Origin: an uncultured delta proteobacterium
GTDB lineage: Bacteria; Myxococcota_A; Polyangia; Polyangiales; JAFGIB01
Length of the DNA: 64,000 nucleotides
Assembly (NCBI GenBank): GCA_963778655.1
Contig: CAVZVA010000011.1
Coordinates: 128,001 to 192,000, forward strand
Direction of reading: 5' to 3'
This document shows positions 7,528 to 18,790 of the stretch, piece after piece. Each line of letters opens with the position of its first letter. The first letter of the stretch is position 1. The position numbers were made by a program, and so were the translations under genes. Under the pieces are notes generated by a model. The model searched no databases, was not told where the DNA came from, and saw only the letters and a program-made list of their open reading frames with translations.

Positions 7528-10443
7528 TCAGCGTGCCGGCGCCGCGGGCGCTGCACGCCGCGGCGGCGGCTGCGGCCGCGGGCCCGGTGCGGCCATGATC
7601 TTGTCGGCGTCGCCCTTGAGCGCGGGGGCGGCGGCCTGCGCAGCGGCGGCAGCCCGTGCCGCGTCCGCGCGCTTGCCCAGCGCGAGCAGCGTGCGCGCGC
7701 GCAGCAGCTGCAGCGGTCCGAGCTTCTTGTACCCGAGCGCCAGCGCGCGATCGAGCTCGACCAGCGCGGCGGCCGGCTTGCCGGTCTCGAGGTAGCCCTC
7801 GCCGAGCAGTCGATGGATGCGCGGCTGCTCGGGGTCGATGTACATCGCGCGCTCGCCGTCGCGCACCAGTTCGGGGAAGGCCTTCTGCTTCTGCAGCACG
7901 GTCAACAGCGCCAGGTGCACCACGCGGTCGTGCTGATCGAGATCCGCGAGCGCCCGCAGCGCGCGCAGGCCGAGCGCCGTGTCGCTCTGCTTGTCAGCCA
8001 GCTCGAGCAGCACCCGGTACGCCTCGAGCTTGTCGGCATCGAGCGTGATCGCGTGCTCGGCCTGCGTTCGGGCCTCCACCAGATCGCCACGCGCCAGCGC
8101 CGCGCGCGCCAGCAGCACGCGCAGGATGTAGCCGTCCTGGCCGGCCTTGAGGATCGCGCGCAGGCAGCGCTCCGCCCGCGGCCCGTCGTGCTTCTCGAGC
8201 GCGACCCGGGTCAGCGCGAAGTGCGCGAGCGGGTGTTGCGGCGCGAGCTTGAGCGCGCGCAGCCCGGCCTGCTCGGCCTCCGCGAAGCGATCGTCATTGA
8301 GGTACCCGAGCGCCAGCGCCGCCTGCGCGTCGGCGTCCTCGGGCGCGCGTGCGGCCGCCGCCTGCAGCGCGTCGAGGTCCTCGTAGCGCGAGAAGTCGAC
8401 GTAGAACTGCGAGTCGTACTTGTGCAGGCGCTGCCGGGTGTAGGCGCGAAAGTCGGCGTCCAGGGTGTCGATGTCCACGCCCAGGATCGAGGAAAAGATC
8501 TCGGGCGTGCGTTTGCCCTCGCCCCAGGCCACCAGCATCGGGCGCATCTTGTCGAAGCCGAAGCGCTGCACGATGTAGACCACCGCCTGCGAGGCGGCGT
8601 AGTACGCCGTCATCAGGTCGTCGGGCGAGCGCGCCTGCGTGAACGCCTTGTTCATCTCGCGCAGCTTGGGCACGCGATCCCGCACCAGCGCCACCCACAA
8701 GTCGTAGTCTTCCTCGCGCTTCCACTCCGGTCGCGCGACGAGGGTCTCGTATTCGGCCAGCCCCTCGGTGAACCAGCGCGGCACGTGGTTCTTGCTCAGC
8801 TGCAGGTGGAACACGTGCGCCAGCTCGTGCCAGGTGATTTGCCCCCAGTTGAAGGGTCCGCCGCGCGGCGAGATGGCCGTGACCACGCTGCCGAAGCACA
8901 CGCCCTGCACCCCGACGTTGGGCAGCCCGGTGGTGCGCACCGAGAAGTGTTGCGCGTCGGAGTACAGCTCGATGTGCAGCGGTCCCTTCGGGGTGAAGGC
9001 GTAGCGCTTGCGCATGTCCTCGTAGGCGCGCCGCAGCATCGGCACCAGATAGGGCTCAAGCGCCGCGCGCTCGTTCTTGTCGACGCGGATCTCGAATGGC
9101 GGCGCCGAGAAGCTGACGTATTGTTGGGAGATCACCTTCTCGTAGAGGTTGAGCGTGTTGAAGACCTGGGCGTTGAAGTGATCGCGCTTCCAGGCCTCGT
9201 GTAGCGCCTGCAGCCCGGCGGTCTCGTCGCCCTGGCGCAGCAGGTTGAGCCCGAGCGTGGCGTAGGCCAGCGCGTCGTCGGGGTCGATGCGCAACGCCTC
9301 CTTCGCCATCTGCACCAGCTCCGGGTAGCGGTGCTCCCACTCGGCGTATTCCGCGATGATGCTGAACATGCGCGAAAAGCGCGGGTTGCGCTTGAGCACT
9401 TCGGCCTTGGCGCGCGCGAAGCCCGCGGCGTCATCGGCCAGAAAGCGCGAGGCGGCACGCACGCTGAGCGCTTCCAGCTCGTTGGGGTCGATGGCGAGCG
9501 CCGCGTCGAGGCTGCGATCGGCTGCCGCGATGTCCATCTCGCGCAGCGAAAAGGCGGCGCGCGTCACGTAGGCGCCGACCAGGTTGGGGTTGACGGCGAG
9601 CGCCTTCTGCAGGTGCTCCTCGGCCTTGGGGAAGTCGAACGAGCGCGCCAGCAGCAGGCGCGCCATCAGCACGTGCGCCTCGGGGCTGTCGGGGTTGTGC
9701 TCGAGCGCTTCCTTGACGCTCTCCTCGGCGTGACGCTGGTCGTACTTCTCGAGAAACAGCGCCGCCCACTCGAGCTGGGTCTCGACCCGCGAGCGGTCGG
9801 CCAGGGCGGCTTCGCGGAACGCGTCGTTGGCGTCGTGCCCACTGCCGAGCGCGCGCGCGGCCATCCCCACGTAGCACAGCGCGGCCGCCTGGTCGTCGCC
9901 CAGGTCGTCGTTGTTATAGGCCTCGACCAGCGCCATCAGATGCGGCTCGGCCTGGTCCGGCCGCCCGCGCTCGATCAGCAGCCGGCCCAGCAACACCTGC
10001 GCCCGAAACGCGCGCGGGTCGCGCACGGCCTTCTCGAACGCGGCCTGCGCCTCATCGAGCTTGCCGCGCGCGTGCAGCGCCTCGCCGCGCAGCGTCTCGG
10101 CCTTGGCCTGCAGCGGTCCGCTGGTCGCGGCCACCGCCCGAGCGGCGCGCTCGGCGTCTTCGTAGCGCCCGGTCGCGAGCAGCACCCGCCCCAGCCCGAG
10201 CTGGGCCTTCTTGCGCTGCGCGCCGGAGAGCGCGCCGCGAAAGCCGCGCTCGGCCTCGGCGTAGTGCCCGTTCGCCAGGGCCTGCTGCGCCGCATGCACG
10301 CCTTGGGGCGCGCCCGCCCGCGCAGGCCCGGCCGCGCACAGCAGCCACAGCGAGACCAGCGCCCATAGCACGGCCCGCGCGTGGTCGCGCGCAGCGGCTG
10401 GCCGACGCTTGCAAAGCCCGCACGGGCGCATTGCTCCAAGCAT
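7528..10443 (-). CDS. Secreted TPR-repeat protein with central gluzincin (peptidase MA-like) domain
   Basis: Signal peptide ending in PARA; many TPR-like repeats; WHELAHVFH...PRWFTEGLAEY zinc motif; start approximate. Confidence 0.85.
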   Translation of the reverse strand: MLGAMRPCGLCKRRPAAARDHARAVLWALVSLWLLCAAGPARAGAPQGVHAAQQALANGHYAEAERGFRGALSGAQRKKAQLGLGRVLLATGRYEDAERAARAVAATSGPLQAKAETLRGEALHARGKLDEAQAAFEKAVRDPRAFRAQVLLGRLLIERGRPDQAEPHLMALVEAYNNDDLGDDQAAALCYVGMAARALGSGHDANDAFREAALADRSRVETQLEWAALFLEKYDQRHAEESVKEALEHNPDSPEAHVLMARLLLARSFDFPKAEEHLQKALAVNPNLVGAYVTRAAFSLREMDIAAADRSLDAALAIDPNELEALSVRAASRFLADDAAGFARAKAEVLKRNPRFSRMFSIIAEYAEWEHRYPELVQMAKEALRIDPDDALAYATLGLNLLRQGDETAGLQALHEAWKRDHFNAQVFNTLNLYEKVISQQYVSFSAPPFEIRVDKNERAALEPYLVPMLRRAYEDMRKRYAFTPKGPLHIELYSDAQHFSVRTTGLPNVGVQGVCFGSVVTAISPRGGPFNWGQITWHELAHVFHLQLSKNHVPRWFTEGLAEYETLVARPEWKREEDYDLWVALVRDRVPKLREMNKAFTQARSPDDLMTAYYAASQAVVYIVQRFGFDKMRPMLVAWGEGKRTPEIFSSILGVDIDTLDADFRAYTRQRLHKYDSQFYVDFSRYEDLDALQAAAARAPEDADAQAALALGYLNDDRFAEAEQAGLRALKLAPQHPLAHFALTRVALEKHDGPRAERCLRAILKAGQDGYILRVLLARAALARGDLVEARTQAEHAITLDADKLEAYRVLLELADKQSDTALGLRALRALADLDQHDRVVHLALLTVLQKQKAFPELVRDGERAMYIDPEQPRIHRLLGEGYLETGKPAAALVELDRALALGYKKLGPLQLLRARTLLALGKRADAARAAAAAQAAAPALKGDADKIMAAPGPRPQPPPRRAAPAAPAR

Positions 10444-10499
10444 AGCCCGGAGCCGCAGCCCGCGCCGCCGCAGGCCGGCCGCGGCCCGCCGCAGGCCGG

Positions 10500-11981
10500 C
10501 TACTGCTGGGTAGCGACCGGCTTCTGGCCGATCCAGCGATCCCTGCGGCTGTAGGCCACCTGCTTGGCCTCGTCGGGCCCGACCGACGATTTGTCGTTCT
10601 CGATGTTCTTGGCCAGCGTGATCATGAAGACCGTCGAGCTGCCCTGCGCGCCGATGATGATCGACCAGGCCAGGAACATGCTCCACATGCGGAACCAGCG
10701 CTCGCCATACTTGGCCACGATCGCCGCCTCGTTGCGCTTCCAGTTCTGGTACCACTTCTCGATCGTGACCGAGTAGTGCGCGCCGCAGTTCTCGACGCGG
10801 TGGACCTCGAAGCCGGCGCGCTCCGCCTGTGAGACCACGAAGCCGAGCGGACAGCTGGCATCGGCACCGGGAAACACGTACTTGCCCATGAACAGCCCCC
10901 AGACCAGGTCTTCGTACTGCCAGGGGCGCCGCAGCCCGGCGATCTGCAGATAGAAGATGCCGTCGTCCTTGAGCATGCTGCGCACCTGCAGCAGGAAGCG
11001 CTGAAAGTTCTTGATGCCCACGTGCTCGGCCATCTCCAAGCAGGTGATCTTGTCGTACTGCTCCTTGGGCAGGTTGCGGTAGTCGTCGACCAGCAGTCGG
11101 ACTCGCTCGGAGACGCCGAGCTCCGCCGCGCGTGCCGCGGCCCACTGCGCCTGCTCCTTGGCCAGCGTGATGCCGGTGCTGTGGGTGCCGACCGCGGAGG
11201 CCGCGTGGTTGACCAGCGCGCCCCAGCCGCAGCCGATGTCCAGATGGCGGTCGCCTGGCTTCATCTGCACGTAGTCACAGACGGTCTGCAGCTTGCGCGT
11301 TTGCGCCGCCTCGAGCGACTCCTCGGGGTCGCGGAAGATGCCACTGGTGTACACCATCGACTCGCCCAGAAACCATTGGTAGAAGTCGTTGCCGCGATCG
11401 TACACCGGCGCGATGTCTTCGCGGTCCGCCTTCTGCCCGTGGGAAAGGTTCTGTCCGAGGAACTGCATGAAGTAGAACTTGACGTCGCCCCAGGTGAAGC
11501 AGAAGCGGAACAGCTGATTGCGGTGAAGCAACGCCTGGTGCACGTCCCCGAGGAAATCGAGCCGCTCGCCGACATAGGCCTCGTACACGACCTCCATCGG
11601 AATCTTCTTGCCCGCCCAGCGCGCCGCCTCCGCCGGATCGCGAAAGCGCAGGTAGGGCCGCCAATCGGCCGCACCCACTCCGTCCAGATGCGAGCCGACC
11701 ACCAGCGCCAGCAGCGGCAGCAGCACCCCGAGCAGCGGCACGGCCAGCCAGCCGAGCGCAAACGCCGTGAGCCCGCCCGCGCTGATCAGCATCGCCAGCA
11801 GCCCCACCAGCGTCGGTATGCCCAGCAGCGTCAGGGCGCGCTGCTCCAGCAACCAGAACACCAAGGACAGCGCGTGGCTGCGGCCCTTCTCGTCGTGATG
11901 CGACGCGAACGGCGGATGCCTCAGGGATTGCGATGGCGGCGCGTTCTCGGCGAGCGCGCCCGGTGTGGATGTTTGACTCAT
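10500..11981 (-). CDS. SAM-dependent lipid methyltransferase, CFA-synthase superfamily, sphingolipid C9-methyltransferase-like
   Basis: N-terminal TM segments; KIPME, YDRGNDFYQWFLG..MVYTSG, LDIGCGWG, KITCLEMAEHVG, QIAGLRRPWQYEDLVWGLFMGKYVFPGADAS, KYGERWFRMW. Confidence 0.85.
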   Translation of the reverse strand: MSQTSTPGALAENAPPSQSLRHPPFASHHDEKGRSHALSLVFWLLEQRALTLLGIPTLVGLLAMLISAGGLTAFALGWLAVPLLGVLLPLLALVVGSHLDGVGAADWRPYLRFRDPAEAARWAGKKIPMEVVYEAYVGERLDFLGDVHQALLHRNQLFRFCFTWGDVKFYFMQFLGQNLSHGQKADREDIAPVYDRGNDFYQWFLGESMVYTSGIFRDPEESLEAAQTRKLQTVCDYVQMKPGDRHLDIGCGWGALVNHAASAVGTHSTGITLAKEQAQWAAARAAELGVSERVRLLVDDYRNLPKEQYDKITCLEMAEHVGIKNFQRFLLQVRSMLKDDGIFYLQIAGLRRPWQYEDLVWGLFMGKYVFPGADASCPLGFVVSQAERAGFEVHRVENCGAHYSVTIEKWYQNWKRNEAAIVAKYGERWFRMWSMFLAWSIIIGAQGSSTVFMITLAKNIENDKSSVGPDEAKQVAYSRRDRWIGQKPVATQQ

Positions 11982-12186
11982 GATGTCGTCACCGGGATTG
12001 GGTCGCCGGGAATCCCGGTCGATCGGTCGGTAATCGCTCTATCGCTTGTGTTGTGGTTGGGATCCGCGCTCTCCGTGGTACAAGCGAAATGATGAATCGT
12101 CTGCCGCGTCAGGCGGGAACCATGATGCTCACTGTTCGCGATCGCCGTCTATTCGCATAAGCCTCGAGTTTTGAAGGAGCGCTTCG

Positions 12187-12861
12187 ATGCGAAGTAAACC
12201 AGCAAGAAAACAGCCGCAGCAGGCGCGATCACGAGTCACGGTCACAGCCATCCTGGACGCGATGACTCGGATTCTGGATCAGGAAGGACCGGACGCTGCG
12301 ACCACCACGCGCGTCGCCGAGGTCGCCGGGGTCAGCATCGGCACGCTGTACCAGTACTTCTCGCATCGCGATGCGATTCTCGATGCACTGCAGGACCGCG
12401 AGTTCGAACGCGCGATGGAGCTGATGGAAAACGTGCTCGCCAGCGATGCCCAGGGGCCGGGCCGCGAGGTCGCGCGGGAGGTGATCCAGGGGCTGCTGCG
12501 CCTGTACGCGGCGGCGCCGGGGCTGCATCGCGTGCTCGCGCTCGAAGGTCTGCGCGTGACCCCGACCGATCGCGTGCACGCGTTCGATATGCGCGTGGTC
12601 GCGCTGATCCGCAACTTCCTGGCCTGCTCGGCACTGCCGATCCGGCGTGCCAACGTCGACGCGGCCGCCTTCGTGGTGTTCCAATCGGTGCGCGCGGCGA
12701 TGCTCGCGCGCATGCTCGAGTCTCCACCAGCGCTCGACGACGAGACGCTGACCGAGGAGCTCACCGACATGATCTTCATGTACCTGGTCGACGACTCGGC
12801 GAGCGCGGCGCGCTCACTTCCGCCGCCGCAACGGCTGCGCGCGGGTCGCCAGCGCGGTTGA
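12187..12861 (+). CDS. TetR/AcrR-family regulator
   Basis: RKQPQQARSR and HTH TTTRVAEVAGVSIGTLYQYF; AAGGAG RBS; divergent from the methyltransferase. Confidence 0.93.
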   Translation: MRSKPARKQPQQARSRVTVTAILDAMTRILDQEGPDAATTTRVAEVAGVSIGTLYQYFSHRDAILDALQDREFERAMELMENVLASDAQGPGREVAREVIQGLLRLYAAAPGLHRVLALEGLRVTPTDRVHAFDMRVVALIRNFLACSALPIRRANVDAAAFVVFQSVRAAMLARMLESPPALDDETLTEELTDMIFMYLVDDSASAARSLPPPQRLRAGRQRG

Positions 12862-12912
12862 TCCGCCGCCGGAGCGAGGACGAAGCCGCTCCTGGACGGC
12901 TCTGTGCGGAAG

Positions 12913-13581
12913 CTACTGTACGCCCTGGACTTGCGCGGGCACTTCGGTGCAGCGCGTGACACCCGCCGTCGCGCCGCTGGTGTCGCCGATCAGCATGCCG
13001 ACGGCGCTGGCCGGCGCGCAGCCGAGCGGAGCGAGTTGCTGGATCACCAGCCCGCAGGTGGCGTCGGCGCGGCAGCAGCCGGGGATCGACACCAGGCCCA
13101 TATAGCTTGCAGTGGGGCAGGCCATGGTCTGGGTGCCCGGCGCGTTCTGCTCCAGGCACAGCGGCTGACCCGTGAGCGAGCTCAGATCCACGCCGCAGCG
13201 GTTGTTCGCGGTGCAACACGCATCAACCGTGCCGGTCAGGCCCATCGCGGCCTGGCACGGCATGCACGCCGAGACGTCGTGCGAGACAGGACCGCCCGCG
13301 GGCGGCGGTGTTGTCCCGATGCCGCCAGTGCCCCCGAACGCGCCGCCGGTAGCGATTCCGCCGGTGCCGCCCGCGCCGGTGCCGCCGGCGGCGCCAACTC
13401 CCGCGAGCCCGGTGCCGCCCCCGCTACCGCCCGGTGAGCCGACGCCGGGCGTGGCCGCGCCAACGCTGAACGTGGTGTCGAGGTCGTGCGCGTCGGAGCA
13501 GGCGCACAGCGCGGGCAACGCGAGCGCGAAGAGCCAGCGTCGCGCTCTTCGCGGGCGACCGAGAACCACGTGATCAACCAT
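12913..13581 (-). CDS. Cys-rich lipoprotein with Gly-rich linker
   Basis: Lipobox-like LCAC; Gly/Thr linker; two CC..xCG repeats (ACCTANNRCG, GCCRADATCG). Confidence 0.7.
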   Translation of the reverse strand: MVDHVVLGRPRRARRWLFALALPALCACSDAHDLDTTFSVGAATPGVGSPGGSGGGTGLAGVGAAGGTGAGGTGGIATGGAFGGTGGIGTTPPPAGGPVSHDVSACMPCQAAMGLTGTVDACCTANNRCGVDLSSLTGQPLCLEQNAPGTQTMACPTASYMGLVSIPGCCRADATCGLVIQQLAPLGCAPASAVGMLIGDTSGATAGVTRCTEVPAQVQGVQ

Positions 13582-13701
13582 CGAAGCGTGCTCCTGACGC
13601 GTGCGCGTCACGCGGCAACTGCATCTGCCGCGAAACCTAGCACGTCGCTCGGCCGACCGACACACGATCCGCGCTGGCTGCCATCAACTGCGACGCAGCG
13701 T

Positions 13702-15789
<2,088 letters not shown>

Positions 15790-15866
15790 CGCTTGCTCCT
15801 TGGTTCGAATGCGGACCGTGTTTGTAGCAGAGACCAGCCGGCAGCGGAACCGCGCGGCCGGAACGG

Positions 15867-15894
15867 ATTCACAGGTAGACGGGGAGGCGGGAAG
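15867..15894 (+). repeat. Dispersed repeat family A copy
   Basis: attcacaggtagacggggaggcgggaag. Confidence 0.65.
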
Positions 15895-15937
15895 AGTGGC
15901 TCGCGTGACCCGACTCCTCAACGCCCCCGACTCACGC

Positions 15938-16016
15938 GCGAGCGAAGCGAGCCTTGCAGGAGGGTGGGTCCCGTTAGGCTTTGCCCAACGGGCGGGAGGG
16001 TCGCGTGACCCTCCCG
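15938..16016 (-). repeat. Structured repeat family B copy directly after the ceramidase stop codon
   Basis: Minus strand cgggagggtcacgcgaccctcccg-cccgttgggcaaagcctaacggg-acccaccctcc...ggctcgcttcgctcgc; homologous to 50642-50718. Confidence 0.8.
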
Positions 16017-18248
16017 TTACTCAGGCACCAGCCCGTCCCAATCCTCGGTGCGCTCGCCTTCGATGCACAGGCGAGCCTGACGCGGCGTGCACAGCGGGGG
16101 CGGGGCCGAGGCGGAGAACGCGGGCGACTCGGGTGCGTGCGCATCGCTGCCGGCGCGCAGGCGGATCGGCTTGGCCGCCAGCTCCTGCCACAGCGCCACA
16201 GGCGGCACGAACAGCGTGGACCACACCCAGCCGCCGTGCACGCGGTCGTGAACGCGCGTGCGAAACTCGGTCCCGCGGTCGTCGACGTAGCCGCCCGGAT
16301 CGCAGTGACCCGCGGCATCGGCGCGACACAGCCGCAGCGGCCGGTGCTGCGGCGTGGCGTCGGTCGCGCGGATCCACGGCGCGTGCCGCAGGGCCACGTC
16401 GCCCGGGCCGGCGTCGTGCCAGACCATGCACACGCGCGGCGTCTGCACACTGCCCGGCATGCTGCAGGTGAGCAGCGGCTCGCGGCGCGATCGCTCCGAG
16501 CTGGGCTGGGCCATGCGCTTCTCCAGCGGGCCCCACGGAAAGAGCACGTCCTTGGCCTTGCCCAGGTCGCGCAGGTAGCGATCGACGCCCGGATCGAACA
16601 TCGAGCGCGAGAGCAGCGCCATGCGGTCGCCGAGGTACTGCGCCGACCACGGCCCGTAGAGCGTGGAAGCGCCCTCGTAGGCCTGCAGCTGATACTCCTC
16701 GTGCGTGGCCACGTACTGGATGTACTCGTTGGCCAGACCGGCGATCACGGCCTTCTGCGGCGCGCCTGGATAGCGTGCCAGCGCGCGGTGAATGCGCGCG
16801 GTGATGCGGTGCCCCGCGGTCAGCGTGACCTCCGCCGGCACGAACGCCAGCAGCGTGTCGCCGAGCTGCGCCACCGCCAGCGGGAGCTGCCAGGGGAACG
16901 TGCCCTTGGGCCGGGTCAGCAGGCTGAGCTGACCGAGCAGCGGCCGTTTTGGCGCCTGACAGTCGTCGCTCGAGGGTTCGATCGGCGGCTTGCCCTCGAA
17001 CAGCGGCAGCGGCGCCACCGAGGTCGGATGATCGGTCGCGCCGCGTGCAGAGCCTTGCCCGAGCTCGGAGTATCTGCAGGTCCAGTGCGCCTGGTTGTGG
17101 CCATCGTGGAGCTTCGCGCCGCGGATATCCTCCTCGATGTAGCGGGCGTCGAGCACGGAGGCGGGCGCGCCGCTGCCGAGCGGCGGGTGATGGCTCCAGA
17201 CGAAAGCGCCCACACGCTCGCCCAGGCTGATCGCCTCGTCGATGTCGCCGTGGACCCAGATCGGCGAGATGTCGCCTTCGTCGGTGTTGATGACGCCGTG
17301 CAGCGGGTCGGGCACGGCCTGGGCGCAAGGCACCGCCGCCGCCGGATCGAGGCAGGCCTGCAGCTCCGGGTGCAGCGCGGCCCACTGCCGCCGCAGCTCG
17401 CGCTCGACGTGGCGGCTGACCACGCCGGCGACGTCGCCGCCAAACAGCCGGTTGGTGTTCGCGATCACCGTCGGGTGCATGGCGTAGAAGCTCAGCGAGC
17501 CGATCGGCCCGAGCAACCGCGACGGGTCGGCCCGGTCGTAGCCGTCGATGCGCAGCACGTCGAGCTGGGGGTCGATCGCGCGCGCATCTTCGTGGTCCAG
17601 GTACGGGCAGCTCGAGTTGCTGGGGGGCGCAGGCGCGAAGGGCGGCTGGTCGAGCTTGTAAGCCTGCAGGCTGCGGTTGCGGGTAAAGCACCAGAAGTCC
17701 TGGCTGTGCTTCCACGAGAGCCGCGCAGGCAGCGCGCTGCGCCGGGCATGGCGGATCGCCTGCGCCACCCGGTCGGCCATGGCCCGCAGCAGCGCCGGGT
17801 CGAAGCCGGGGTGGCGCGTGCTGAACAGGCCGGTGTACTGGCTGGCACCAAAGTAGTGCGCGACGCCGGCGTGGGTGTGGACCGCGGTCATCATCAGCTG
17901 CGACGGGTGCAGAATGTCGGCCACGCGCGCCGCGACCGCGCGCTGCAGCAGCATGCTCATGGCCGAAAGCTCGCACGGCACCAGCGCCAGCTTCCGCCCG
18001 TCCGAGCCCTCGAAGTAGAACACTCGGCAATAGGTGCGGGTCCAGTAGCCGTGCGTCACGCGCGCGTCCGGGCCGTGCCCGAAGGTCGCGGCGCCGGGCG
18101 GCATGGTGATGTCGGCGCGCCCGGTGCCCGCGTACAACGCGACCGGCACGTGGTCGCGCACGGGCGGCGTCGCGACCTGCACGTGCGAGAGCGTGGCCTG
18201 GCAGGCGCACAGCAGCCACGGGACGAGGCACGCGAGCCGGCGTCTCAT
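16017..18248 (-). CDS. Neutral/alkaline ceramidase-family lipoprotein
   Basis: GRADIT, HTHAG, NRS, YAMHPT, EGDISP, VPAEVT, GLANEYIQY, EEYQLQAYEGASTLYGP; lipobox LCAC. Confidence 0.88.
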   Translation of the reverse strand: MRRRLACLVPWLLCACQATLSHVQVATPPVRDHVPVALYAGTGRADITMPPGAATFGHGPDARVTHGYWTRTYCRVFYFEGSDGRKLALVPCELSAMSMLLQRAVAARVADILHPSQLMMTAVHTHAGVAHYFGASQYTGLFSTRHPGFDPALLRAMADRVAQAIRHARRSALPARLSWKHSQDFWCFTRNRSLQAYKLDQPPFAPAPPSNSSCPYLDHEDARAIDPQLDVLRIDGYDRADPSRLLGPIGSLSFYAMHPTVIANTNRLFGGDVAGVVSRHVERELRRQWAALHPELQACLDPAAAVPCAQAVPDPLHGVINTDEGDISPIWVHGDIDEAISLGERVGAFVWSHHPPLGSGAPASVLDARYIEEDIRGAKLHDGHNQAHWTCRYSELGQGSARGATDHPTSVAPLPLFEGKPPIEPSSDDCQAPKRPLLGQLSLLTRPKGTFPWQLPLAVAQLGDTLLAFVPAEVTLTAGHRITARIHRALARYPGAPQKAVIAGLANEYIQYVATHEEYQLQAYEGASTLYGPWSAQYLGDRMALLSRSMFDPGVDRYLRDLGKAKDVLFPWGPLEKRMAQPSSERSRREPLLTCSMPGSVQTPRVCMVWHDAGPGDVALRHAPWIRATDATPQHRPLRLCRADAAGHCDPGGYVDDRGTEFRTRVHDRVHGGWVWSTLFVPPVALWQELAAKPIRLRAGSDAHAPESPAFSASAPPPLCTPRQARLCIEGERTEDWDGLVPE

Positions 18249-18790
18249 GGCTGGAGCCCGCTCCACAGATTGAGGCGCAGCATCAAGCTCGCGCTCAGCT
18301 CCAGCGTGCCGCTGGTGAGCCAGGTGGCCGACGCCGACGGCACCAGGAACCAATCGAAGCCGACCAGATCGTCGGCGCGCCAGCTCGGCTTGGAGTCCGA
18401 GAGCCGCAGCGGCAGCCCCAGCTCCATCCCCATCACCGGGTAGAGCCGCGGCTCGGCGCCGTCGCGGGTATGCGCGAGGCCCAGGCTGGTGAGCCCTTCG
18501 AACCCGACCCGGGGCTGATCGGGCCGCGGCACGAAGCTCACGCCCGAAAGCGCCAGCACCTGCCAGCGGCCCCAGTGATCGGGCTGCGCGACCTCCGCCT
18601 CGACGCCCATGGCCATCGGCGGGCCGCCTGAGAGCGAGAGCGAGCTGACCGCGGTGGCGCGGACGCCGACGCTGGAGACGGCGTGGTCCTGCAGGGTGTA
18701 GATGCCGCTCGGCCCGAGCCCCGCCGAGCAGCCCGCGAGTAGCGCCGCGGCCGCGAGCGCGCGGAATATGCCGCGACCGTGCCCGCTCAT
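18245..18790 (-). CDS. Hypothetical lipoprotein with beta-strand-rich body
   Basis: Lipobox LAGC; ATGA overlaps with both neighbours. Confidence 0.65.
   Translation of the reverse strand: MSGHGRGIFRALAAAALLAGCSAGLGPSGIYTLQDHAVSSVGVRATAVSSLSLSGGPPMAMGVEAEVAQPDHWGRWQVLALSGVSFVPRPDQPRVGFEGLTSLGLAHTRDGAEPRLYPVMGMELGLPLRLSDSKPSWRADDLVGFDWFLVPSASATWLTSGTLELSASLMLRLNLWSGLQP

Noticed and set aside
5350..9204. 1284-aa plus-strand ORF and similar long ORFs (22958-25861, 15981-18443, 46549-49122, 53085-55748, 48458-50914, 51059-53380)
   Set aside because: They are antisense shadows of recognisable genes, caused by high GC3 codon bias, and show no family motifs
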